Assembly: GCA_051748045.1 (NCBI GenBank)
Contig: JBNJGY010000046.1
Coordinates: 1-14,678 of the forward strand
Length of the DNA stretch: 14,678 nt
Direction: 5' to 3'
Source of the DNA: Thermotogota bacterium
Lineage (GTDB): Bacteria > Thermotogota > Thermotogae > Petrotogales > Petrotogaceae
Below the pieces are notes generated by a model, which made no database searches, was not told where the DNA came from, and saw only the letters and a list, made by a program, of their open reading frames with translations. Positions 6,750 through 14,495 of the stretch are shown here, one piece after another (position 1 is the first letter of the stretch; every line of letters starts with the position of its first letter). The position numbers were made by a program, and so were the translations under genes.

Positions 6750-6779
6750 TCAAAACTTCTAATATGTATATAGATTGAA

Positions 6780-6950
6780 ATGAAAGATTCAGAGAAAAAG
6801 GAAAAGATAAGATTTATTTTTGAACAGATAATGAAAACTTCTAAAGAAATTCTAAGTTCTGAAAGTAACCATCAGAAAAAGTTAGAAAAGAAAATCTTAT
6901 ACCAATACATAAATGAATTAGATGATGAATTATCAAGAAAAGATATATAA
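6780..6950 (+). CDS. small helical protein, 56 aa (not in track)
   Basis: MKDSEKKEKIRFIFEQIMKTSKEILSSESNHQKKLEKKILYQYINELDDELSRKDI*; follows the promoter and overlaps the primase start. Confidence 0.65.
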   Translation: MKDSEKKEKIRFIFEQIMKTSKEILSSESNHQKKLEKKILYQYINELDDELSRKDI

Positions 6951-7794
6951 TTATATTCAGAATAGGAAACTCATACAGCTTGTTACTGTAAAGGAGAGTA
7001 GAAGACATTATAATAAAATAATGAAAAACGCTACTCATAGAGAAGTTGCACCTGATGAAATTATAATTGAATTTGATACAGATAACGAAATTTTAATGAA
7101 GAAATTATTCAAAAAAACTATATCACGATTAAATGCTAATTCTTATAATTATTTTGTTTTTGATCATTATGGTCGTTCTCCTCATATACATTTATATAAC
7201 TTTAGAGGGTTACTAGAGCAAACCGATATAGTTAGAAGTGCATATAAAAAGATGTTTATAGAAAGATATGCACCTTATAAAGAGGTTGATGTGAGCTTGA
7301 ATACAACAAGAGAACATTTAGTTGCATTTGAATTTAGAAAACATTATAAATACAACACAATAAAAGAATTAATATATACAAATACAGGTATTATTTCTAA
7401 TAGATTAGAAGTTGATATACTTGCTAAAGCCTATAAAGAAGAAAGGCAGATAATACAAGAAATGATGAAACGAAAAGATGAAGGTGAAAAAGATTATAGA
7501 TGGATAGTTGCATGGGCTTTATCTCAACCTTTACCAGATGGTAATAGAGATAAATATGTATATAAAAATATAGCTATAGCTATAATAAACCATAAACTAG
7601 ATGACGAACCTATAGTTGAAAATTTGGCTTCTTTAAATTCTCATAAAGTAAGAGGTCAGATGTCAGGTTGGTTATCTTGGGCTAAAAATAAAAAAAGAAC
7701 TGTTTCGCCTTCCGAAATATATAAATATTGTGATGAACACGATATAGATTATTTTGGTACAAAAAAACGATGGCAAACTCTCTTGAAGATATAA
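6922..7794 (+). CDS. archaeo-eukaryotic primase (AEP) superfamily protein with helical C-terminal (PriCT-like) domain
   Basis: Motif I-like EIIIEFD, motif II GRSPHIH, motif III VDVSL; C-terminal PDGNRD recalls the GxR(N/D) of PriCT domains. Confidence 0.75.
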   Translation: MMNYQEKIYNYIQNRKLIQLVTVKESRRHYNKIMKNATHREVAPDEIIIEFDTDNEILMKKLFKKTISRLNANSYNYFVFDHYGRSPHIHLYNFRGLLEQTDIVRSAYKKMFIERYAPYKEVDVSLNTTREHLVAFEFRKHYKYNTIKELIYTNTGIISNRLEVDILAKAYKEERQIIQEMMKRKDEGEKDYRWIVAWALSQPLPDGNRDKYVYKNIAIAIINHKLDDEPIVENLASLNSHKVRGQMSGWLSWAKNKKRTVSPSEIYKYCDEHDIDYFGTKKRWQTLLKI

Positions 7795-8579
7795 TTAAAA
7801 AGGAAAGAATGAAAAGTAAAGATGTAAAGAAAGTAATGGTAGTATCAGACCACCATATACCTTATATAGACTATAAAGCTGATGCTGTAGCAAAAGGTTA
7901 TGCAAAGCAATACAAACCAGACTATTATGTAATCAACGGAGATTTAAACGATTGTTATTCTATAAGTATATTTGACAAAAATCCAGAAAGGAAATATACC
8001 ATAAAACAAGAAATAGACCAAACAAAAAAATATTTAAAAGGATTGAAAAATACATTACCTAAAAAAACTAAAATGTTTTATAACGAAGGCAACCATGAAG
8101 CTAGAATATATAAAAAGTTGTGGAAAGATCCTGAGATGTATGATTTGTTGAGTGGATATGTAAACATGAAAACTTTATTAGAGTTAGATAAGTTAGATAT
8201 AGAACATAGAGGTATAGATTTAGATTATTGGAAAAAAGATAACGGACATCTAAAGTTAGGTGATGTACTTATCATGCATGGAGATAACAGACTTAATGGT
8301 GCTAAAGGTGGTATGAATGCAGCAATAAACACAGCTAAAAATATGCGACAGAATACAGTTATAGGTCACACACACAATTTAAATCTAAAATATGAATCTA
8401 ACCCATATAACGATATATTTGGTGGAAATTCAGGATGTCTTTGTCAGATGACTGGAACTGCTAATTGGCAACAAGGATTTTTTACATTTGAGATTATAGA
8501 TGGGAAAAGTGTAAATCCTAGAACTCATAGAATTATAGATGGTGTCTTATATGAAGATGGTTATATATATAAAGCATAA
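7770..8579 (+). CDS. calcineurin-like metallophosphoesterase
   Basis: All five motifs present: SDHH, GDLND, GNHE, HG, GHTH. Confidence 0.92.
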   Translation: MANSLEDIIKKERMKSKDVKKVMVVSDHHIPYIDYKADAVAKGYAKQYKPDYYVINGDLNDCYSISIFDKNPERKYTIKQEIDQTKKYLKGLKNTLPKKTKMFYNEGNHEARIYKKLWKDPEMYDLLSGYVNMKTLLELDKLDIEHRGIDLDYWKKDNGHLKLGDVLIMHGDNRLNGAKGGMNAAINTAKNMRQNTVIGHTHNLNLKYESNPYNDIFGGNSGCLCQMTGTANWQQGFFTFEIIDGKSVNPRTHRIIDGVLYEDGYIYKA

Positions 8580-8610
8580 TATATATTTTAAAATCTAAAA
8601 TTAATCAACA

Positions 8611-8658
8611 AAATATTTATATACTTCTTTATCTTATCTTTATATTAGGTGAAATTAA
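8611..8658 (+). promoter_or_regulatory. archaeal-type promoter plus SD
   Basis: AATATTTATATA (8612-8623), AGGTGA (8647-8652), ATG at 8660. Confidence 0.82.
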
Positions 8659-8659
8659 T

Positions 8660-8929
8660 ATGAAGGTGGATAACAAAAAATTAATGGATGTGTTGGGTTT
8701 TTATGCTAACCCTTTAGTTTCCGATTTGAAAAAGGTAAAAGTTCCTTTTAATGTTTTTGATTGTTCTGAACAGACAGTTAGATATTATGTAAAATGGTGT
8801 CTAAAAAATGATTTATTGAAAAAATCTCATATTCAAGTAAATAAACGAATGATTTTATTAGAAATTACATTAAAAGGTATTAATGTTTTGAAACTCATAA
8901 AAGATTTGAATAAATTAGTTGGTTTTTAA
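8660..8929 (+). CDS. winged-HTH protein (MarR/ArsR-like)
   Basis: SEQTVRYYVKWCLKNDLL recognition helix followed by a wing and LEITLKG. Confidence 0.7.
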   Translation: MKVDNKKLMDVLGFYANPLVSDLKKVKVPFNVFDCSEQTVRYYVKWCLKNDLLKKSHIQVNKRMILLEITLKGINVLKLIKDLNKLVGF

Positions 8930-8930
8930 A

Positions 8931-9872
8931 ATGGAAGATTTTAAAAGGTATCATAAAATTAAAATATTGGGAGATGAAGAAAATAAAGATATTTTTTCTT
9001 ATAAAGATGATTGTATATATAAAGAAGAGAAAATAGATGGTGCAAATTTTAGATTTCTTATTAATGATGGTAAAATTATTTTTGGTAGTAGAACAAGACA
9101 ATTAACATCTGATGATGGTGAAGATGGTGATATAGATAAAAACTTTAGAAGGTGTGTTGATTATATAAGAGAACAAACACAAGATTTAGACTTATCAAAT
9201 CACGAAGGGTATATTTTTTATGGGGAGAATTGTGTCAAACATACTTTAAGTTATGATTGGGATAATATACCACCTTTTTTAGGATTTGATGTATATGATA
9301 TGAAAAATGATAGATATTTGGTTTTTGATGATGTAGTTAATTGTTTTATGGCTTTAAAATTACCTACAGTACCTTTGATAGAGATTGTAAAATCTTCTGA
9401 TATAAAGCTACCTATTAAAGATAAAGATGTACCAGTTTCTTGTTATGCACCTAAAAGTAATCCAAAACAACAGGCAGAGGGAATTGTTTTTAAAAATTAT
9501 GATAAACAGATATTTGCTAAATATGTAAGAGATGAATTTAAAGAAAAAAATGCAAAAGTTTTTGGTGGTAAACCTAAATATAATAAACAAGATGATACAA
9601 ATAATTCAGAAATTGTATTTAAATTTTGTACTAATCAAAGAATAGAAAAGTGTATATTTAAACTTTTAGATGATGGTAATAAATTAGAAATGAAGTTAAT
9701 GGAAAAATTACCTAAAATGGTATATAAAGATATTATGGAAGAAGAGTGGAGAACAATATGTTTTAGTAAATGGAAAGTAGATTTTAAACTTTTGAATAAA
9801 CTCTTCATCAAAAGATGTGTAGCTGTTTTAAAACAAGTTATAGAAAATAATATGATAAATGAAAATGTGTGA
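8931..9872 (+). CDS. ATP-dependent RNA ligase, Rnl2-like
   Basis: Motif I EKIDGAN, SR, motif III YGE, IIIa FLGFD, IV EGIV, V AKY, plus a helical C-terminal domain. ATG 8931 preferred over the track's start at 8919. Confidence 0.88.
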   Translation: MEDFKRYHKIKILGDEENKDIFSYKDDCIYKEEKIDGANFRFLINDGKIIFGSRTRQLTSDDGEDGDIDKNFRRCVDYIREQTQDLDLSNHEGYIFYGENCVKHTLSYDWDNIPPFLGFDVYDMKNDRYLVFDDVVNCFMALKLPTVPLIEIVKSSDIKLPIKDKDVPVSCYAPKSNPKQQAEGIVFKNYDKQIFAKYVRDEFKEKNAKVFGGKPKYNKQDDTNNSEIVFKFCTNQRIEKCIFKLLDDGNKLEMKLMEKLPKMVYKDIMEEEWRTICFSKWKVDFKLLNKLFIKRCVAVLKQVIENNMINENV

Positions 9873-9966
9873 AGGTTGTGAATATTCGGAAGTTGAAGGT
9901 ATATATGTAGTGTGTAGTTGTTCAGACAAATGTCCTTATCAAGAAGATATAAAAAATGAAATGTAA
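9859..9966 (+). CDS. Cys-rich microprotein, 35 aa (not in track)
   Basis: MKMCEGCEYSEVEGIYVVCSCSDKCPYQEDIKNEM*; overlaps the ligase stop. Confidence 0.55.
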   Translation: MKMCEGCEYSEVEGIYVVCSCSDKCPYQEDIKNEM

Positions 9967-10054
9967 GATATGTGGTAGGGTAATAAGAGAATATGAAAAT
10001 TCTGATATGTGTGATTTCTGTCAGGATAGAATGGAAGATTTTAAGGATGATTAA
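9956..10054 (+). CDS. Zn-finger microprotein, 32 aa (not in track)
   Basis: MKCKICGRVIREYENSDMCDFCQDRMEDFKDD*; CxxCG...CxxC; stop is 1 nt before the next ATG. Confidence 0.65.
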   Translation: MKCKICGRVIREYENSDMCDFCQDRMEDFKDD

Positions 10055-10055
10055 A

Positions 10056-10523
10056 ATGATAAAAACATATAAATTTAATTTGGAAGAAGGAGAACTTCTT
10101 TATATTCGTGAGAAGTTAAACCCAGAAGTTCAAGAAATGTTCATGGAATTAGAAGGGTTTATGGATATGAGAGAACATTATATAAAAGTCACACAAAAGT
10201 TATTTGAGAAAATCATGTATTACTTAGACAAGAATGGTAATTATAATTTGAAGGAGAAATTACAAAGTTCGTATAATCTCCAAGAATCAGATAAATATTA
10301 TTTTGTAAAGCAAATGTTTTATCTGATATATAGATGGACAGATGCAGGTAGGAAAAATTATTGTAATACAAATAATGCAACATCAGACCAAATATTAAAA
10401 AAGTGGTTGGATTTAGCTAAAGAATTGAAATTCTTTGATGGTAACTTTTTTAATTCGGATGATTATAAATCAGAATATGAAATCTTTTTAAAGAATTGGG
10501 GTGATAAAAGTGTTTCCTCCTAA
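10056..10523 (+). CDS. hypothetical protein, 155 aa
   Basis: In-frame ATG at 10056 directly follows the Zn-finger stop; the track's 9993 start overlaps that microprotein. Confidence 0.65.
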   Translation: MIKTYKFNLEEGELLYIREKLNPEVQEMFMELEGFMDMREHYIKVTQKLFEKIMYYLDKNGNYNLKEKLQSSYNLQESDKYYFVKQMFYLIYRWTDAGRKNYCNTNNATSDQILKKWLDLAKELKFFDGNFFNSDDYKSEYEIFLKNWGDKSVSS

Positions 10524-10617
10524 ATTTACAATAGAAAGAATTATATATCATTTGTGTTATATTATAATTATAATAAATATTTATTACAAAGGTGAACAAA
10601 ATGGTAAAGTTAGATAA
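10510..10617 (+). CDS. possible 35-aa hydrophobic peptide
   Basis: GGTGA SD at 10500-10504, then GTG: MFPPKFTIERIIYHLCYIIIIINIYYKGEQNGKVR*; overlaps both neighbours. Could instead be a non-coding promoter gap. Confidence 0.3.
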   Translation: MFPPKFTIERIIYHLCYIIIIINIYYKGEQNGKVR

Positions 10618-10789
10618 TATAAAATATATAAAGGTAGCAAACGAAATTGGTGAAGTTGAAGTATCTTTGAATTTAGAAGATTTAGAAAGAGCAGAGATAA
10701 CACATTTAATGATACAAGCTTTAAAGGGGTTAGGTTATGAATGGTCTGAATTAGAAGCCATTTGGGAAGATGATGTTATGAACCATTAA
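10601..10789 (+). CDS. small acidic hypothetical protein
   Basis: AGGTGA SD at 10590-10595 favours ATG 10601; stop is 1 nt before polB. Confidence 0.65.
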   Translation: MVKLDNIKYIKVANEIGEVEVSLNLEDLERAEITHLMIQALKGLGYEWSELEAIWEDDVMNH

Positions 10790-10790
10790 A

Positions 10791-13670
10791 ATGAAAGATG
10801 TTTTAGTTTTCGATATAGAAACAGAAACATTTGGAAAACCTAATCCTCACAAAGATAAACTTAAATTTATAGGGTTTCAGTTTCCTAGTGGCACTAAATT
10901 AATGTATAATTATTTACAAAAAGAAGCCATACAATCTATTTTCAGAAGGTTCAGAAATATTTCAGGTCACAACATAAAATATTATGATGTACCTATTTTA
11001 GAGAGATTTGGGATAGAGTTTAAAACATTTACAAATAAAAGACATATAATGTTAGATACTTATGAGATTCTAAGTAAAAGAGCTAAATCTTTAATGAGAT
11101 TGAATTTAGGTAAAGGTGAGATGTCTTTAAGACAACTTTGTAAAAGATTTGGTTTATCTTCTAAAGGTGATATGGATTATAATATATTAAAGAAAAATAG
11201 CTGGAACAAAGAAGAGTTAGCTTTAATTAAAGAATATTTATATGGAGATCTACAAAGTTCAACTGAGTTGTTGGATTATTTAGAAAATTATTTTCATGGA
11301 TTCAAACATTTTCTTTCACGAAAAGATGTAAAAGAGTTAAAATGGCTGACATCATCATCAGGTAGTTTTGCATATAAAGCTATATGTCATAGAACAGGTT
11401 TGCCTGAAATATATGATGATAGAGCTAAAAGACAGAAATTCAGAGCTGCAATAAGTTGGGTAAGAAACGATATAAAATCAGCAGAGAATGTGGTAGCTGT
11501 AGATTTCAAAAGTTTATATCCACACATGATGATAGGTGGTAATTTATATACACCAGCAAAAGAAGGAGAAGATTTTTGGAATGGTATGGGTGTATATTTA
11601 CCATATTTAGAAGATAGAGAACATGGTATAAGAGGTAAATATAGTAGAAAAAGAGGTAAAGTTGAAGAGTTTTTAAAAGAGTTATTTGATAGTAGAAACG
11701 AAGATAAAAAAGAGATGAAGAAATTAGATAAAAATTCAGATAGATATAGATTTTTAGATAAAATACAATATGCTAAAAAGATAATTTTGAATACAAGCTA
11801 TGGAATAGCAGGAAATCCTACATTTAAATCTGTATATGATGTTATAAGAGCAAATGATATTACAGCTATGGCTAGAAGAAGTTTAGTTCATGCAACAGAT
11901 GTATATGAGTCTTATGGATATGAGTTAATCTATCGACATAGTGTAGATGGTGATTCTAAAACATGGTATAAAGTTGAAAATAAAATTAATGAATTTACTT
12001 TCAATGAGTTTTGGAATTTATTTAAAAATAACAATATAATAAGAAAAAATGGTAATGAATATATATATTTAAAAGATGTAGAAACTTTAACTATGGATAA
12101 AGATTTAAATATAGTTTGGAAACCATTGAAATATATAATGAGACATTTAAATGATGTAGATTGTTATAAAATAAACATCAACAACCAGAATAGTTTAATT
12201 GTTACATCAGACCATAGTGTTATGAATATAGAGAATTATACACATAAATTAACAGAAGTTAAACCTGAAACCCTGTCTAAGGTAATTTTAAATAGTGGTT
12301 TTGGTAAAAAACAACAAGTTGAAATAAATCATCAATTTGAATTTTTTGGTTATTGGATTGGGAATGGTTGGTTTAGAAAAGATAATTATATTGGTATATC
12401 TACAGGTAATGACAAAGAAGAGTTATTAGAAAAATGTTTAAATTATGTTACAGAGTTAAAGAATAACAACATTTATCATAGTCATAAAGGTAATATATCT
12501 TTATGTAATACTAAGTTTGTTAGATATATGAAATCTTTAGGATTTATAAGTGGTTCAAAGAAAAAGAGAATACCTGAGATGGTATATGAATCATCTTTCG
12601 ATGATAGATGTAGTTTTTTAAGAGGTATGTTTAGTTCAGATGGAACTGTTGTAAAAGGAGTTCCTAGATATACTACTGTAAACGAAAAATTAGCTTATGA
12701 TTTAAAAAAATTGTTAATGTCTGTAGGTATAGGTTCTAGTGTTATAAAAGAAAACAAAACTAACAAATATAATAATAAAGATAGTGGTACATATTCATAT
12801 CATATAAGAATATTAGCTATGAAAATAGATATTTATAAAAAAAACATAGGTTTTATATTTAAAAGGAAAACAGATAAAATCAAAGATAGTTCTAATATAT
12901 CGTATTCTTTTAAAAGAATATCCACAGAAAAAGCTAATTATGATGGATATGTATATGATGTTGAAGTAGAAGATACACATAACTTTTTTGCTAATGATGT
13001 ATTGGTACATAACACAGATTCCTGCTATATAATAGATAAATATAACGATAAAGATAAAGTTTTAGCTATAGCAAAGGAAATATCTGAAATACAAAGAAAG
13101 AGTTTTAATATAGATATAGAAACCCATGAGTTAGAGTTTGATGGTGAATATATAAAATTTTGGCTTATACAAAACGATGATGGAGAGAATCTAAAAAACA
13201 GAAATATAGGTTTAAAACCTGATGGTACATTTAGTTATACAGGTATAAAGTTAGCTAGTGTAAATACATCAGAAGCTTCAAAAGAAGTTTTCAATAAACA
13301 CATTTCAAAATATTTGAAAGAAAATCTACCTGATGAATTATATATACCTGTTCCGAAACTTATGAGTTGGATGAAAGATGTTATAAAAGATGATCACACT
13401 TTATTAGAAAAACGATATAAAGTATATGATATATCACAGTATAAAAGTAAAACATCCTTACAAGCACAGATATCTAAAAGATATGGAGATGGGATTCATA
13501 ATTTAATTTTGAATAAATATATAGGTGCAGGTAAATCTAAAAAATATGCTAAGATTTCAGAACTAAAGAAATCATTTGGCGATAAATGGATGGATGTGAT
13601 AGATTATAAATCATATTTAAAAGAGTTAATTGAATTTATAAAACCTAAAATGAGGAAAACGATAAAATGA
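10791..13670 (+). CDS. polB: family B DNA polymerase with intein (959-aa precursor, 601 aa spliced)
   Basis: ExoI FDIET, ExoII GHNIKYYD, ExoIII YLYGD, motif A DFKSLYP, motif B KIILNTSYG, motif C YRH/TDS split by the intein. Confidence 0.95.
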   Translation: MKDVLVFDIETETFGKPNPHKDKLKFIGFQFPSGTKLMYNYLQKEAIQSIFRRFRNISGHNIKYYDVPILERFGIEFKTFTNKRHIMLDTYEILSKRAKSLMRLNLGKGEMSLRQLCKRFGLSSKGDMDYNILKKNSWNKEELALIKEYLYGDLQSSTELLDYLENYFHGFKHFLSRKDVKELKWLTSSSGSFAYKAICHRTGLPEIYDDRAKRQKFRAAISWVRNDIKSAENVVAVDFKSLYPHMMIGGNLYTPAKEGEDFWNGMGVYLPYLEDREHGIRGKYSRKRGKVEEFLKELFDSRNEDKKEMKKLDKNSDRYRFLDKIQYAKKIILNTSYGIAGNPTFKSVYDVIRANDITAMARRSLVHATDVYESYGYELIYRHSVDGDSKTWYKVENKINEFTFNEFWNLFKNNNIIRKNGNEYIYLKDVETLTMDKDLNIVWKPLKYIMRHLNDVDCYKININNQNSLIVTSDHSVMNIENYTHKLTEVKPETLSKVILNSGFGKKQQVEINHQFEFFGYWIGNGWFRKDNYIGISTGNDKEELLEKCLNYVTELKNNNIYHSHKGNISLCNTKFVRYMKSLGFISGSKKKRIPEMVYESSFDDRCSFLRGMFSSDGTVVKGVPRYTTVNEKLAYDLKKLLMSVGIGSSVIKENKTNKYNNKDSGTYSYHIRILAMKIDIYKKNIGFIFKRKTDKIKDSSNISYSFKRISTEKANYDGYVYDVEVEDTHNFFANDVLVHNTDSCYIIDKYNDKDKVLAIAKEISEIQRKSFNIDIETHELEFDGEYIKFWLIQNDDGENLKNRNIGLKPDGTFSYTGIKLASVNTSEASKEVFNKHISKYLKENLPDELYIPVPKLMSWMKDVIKDDHTLLEKRYKVYDISQYKSKTSLQAQISKRYGDGIHNLILNKYIGAGKSKKYAKISELKKSFGDKWMDVIDYKSYLKELIEFIKPKMRKTIK
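11940..13013 (+). mobile_element. intein (358 aa) with LAGLIDADG homing endonuclease domain, at the pol-c site
   Basis: Block A SVDGDS, block B VTSDHS, blocks C/E FFGYWIGNG and FLRGMFSSDG, block F/G VYDVEV...VLVHN followed by Thr(+1). Confidence 0.95.
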
Positions 13671-13942
13671 TAATAAAAGATGAAATTTTGTATTATATAG
13701 TATCTGATAGTTTGATATATAAAGAGAAAAATGAGAAGATACCTTTATATAGAGTAGAGGAAATTAAGAAAGCTATAGATACTACAATAGGATATGCTGG
13801 TAGTATTATGAACAAAATGGTAGAAAAAGACATTCTGATGTCTATAAAACATGGCAACAAGAAATATTATAGATTGTGCGATGAATATATAAATAGATAT
13901 TTTTACGATTTTATATTCAAATATAAAGATGTAAAAAAATGA
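13667..13942 (+). CDS. winged-HTH protein
   Basis: VEEIKKAIDTTIGYAGSIMNKMVEKDIL then wing GNKKYYRL; ATGA overlaps at both ends. Confidence 0.7.
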   Translation: MIIKDEILYYIVSDSLIYKEKNEKIPLYRVEEIKKAIDTTIGYAGSIMNKMVEKDILMSIKHGNKKYYRLCDEYINRYFYDFIFKYKDVKK

Positions 13943-14229
13943 ACCTTCATTCTTTAGAATATGGTTATAATTTTATAGGTTCTTTAACTAAACAAAGGTT
14001 AAATATATGGTATGCTATATATAGATTTTCTGATAACAACCAAAGTTGGTATGGAAAATATGTAAATTCGACAAGAAACACAGTTAGATTGAATGTAAAT
14101 TGGTTAATTGAGAAAGGTTTTGTAGTTTATTATACAGATGTATATAAACATTTTAAATATCTGAAATGTACAGAATTAGGTAAAATTTTGATAAAGAAAC
14201 TTATAGATTTAGATGATTTAGTTAAATAG
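13939..14229 (+). CDS. winged-HTH protein (MarR-like)
   Basis: LTKQRL...STRNTVRLNVNWLIEKGFV...LKCTELG. Confidence 0.7.
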   Translation: MNLHSLEYGYNFIGSLTKQRLNIWYAIYRFSDNNQSWYGKYVNSTRNTVRLNVNWLIEKGFVVYYTDVYKHFKYLKCTELGKILIKKLIDLDDLVK

Positions 14230-14479
14230 GGCTTATATATTGTAATAAAGCAATTAAAACAGCTAACAAAGCTATAGCACCAGAAACAATTTTATAAACA
14301 AAGTCTTTATCTGCCTTTTGGTTTAATCGTGAGTTCATAGATTTAAACTCTTTAGAAAGGTTATCATTTTGTTTTTTTATTTCATCTTTTACATCGCAAA
14401 CAGACTTATCAATATTGTCCAATTTCTCTTCCATTTTTCCTATTTTTACGCATATATTGTTGTCATCATATTTTTCCAT
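14222..14479 (-). CDS. coiled-coil protein with C-terminal TM helix (XhlA/holin-like)
   Basis: Heptad region followed by IVSGAIALLAVLIALLQYI; convergent with the early operon, 8-nt overlap. Confidence 0.55.
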   Translation of the reverse strand: MEKYDDNNICVKIGKMEEKLDNIDKSVCDVKDEIKKQNDNLSKEFKSMNSRLNQKADKDFVYKIVSGAIALLAVLIALLQYISPI

Positions 14480-14495
14480 TGTATTATCACTTTTT

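Larger units (their letters stand above)
6059..6779. other. divergent control region, candidate replication origin
   Basis: Only long non-coding stretch in the window; coding strand switches here; contains three promoter motifs, direct repeats, (CCCA)n tracts, an AT-rich palindrome and hairpins; lies next to the primase gene. Confidence 0.55.

Noticed and set aside
11925-11945. Frameshift hiding a canonical YxD motif (ATC GAC in another frame)
   Set aside because: The reading frame is continuous through motif B, intein block A and TDS; the alternative frame has a stop just upstream.
6841-13010. Minus-strand ORFs 6841-7038, 8895-9101, 9408-9590, 12813-13010
   Set aside because: Antisense shadows of the primase, ligase and intein coding regions.
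10791-13670. Calling the PolB inactive, protein-primed or a piPolB
   Set aside because: Both metal-binding Asp residues and all Exo motifs are intact; I see no clear TPR1/TPR2 insertions; a separate primase is encoded. The piPolB similarity is only an analogy.
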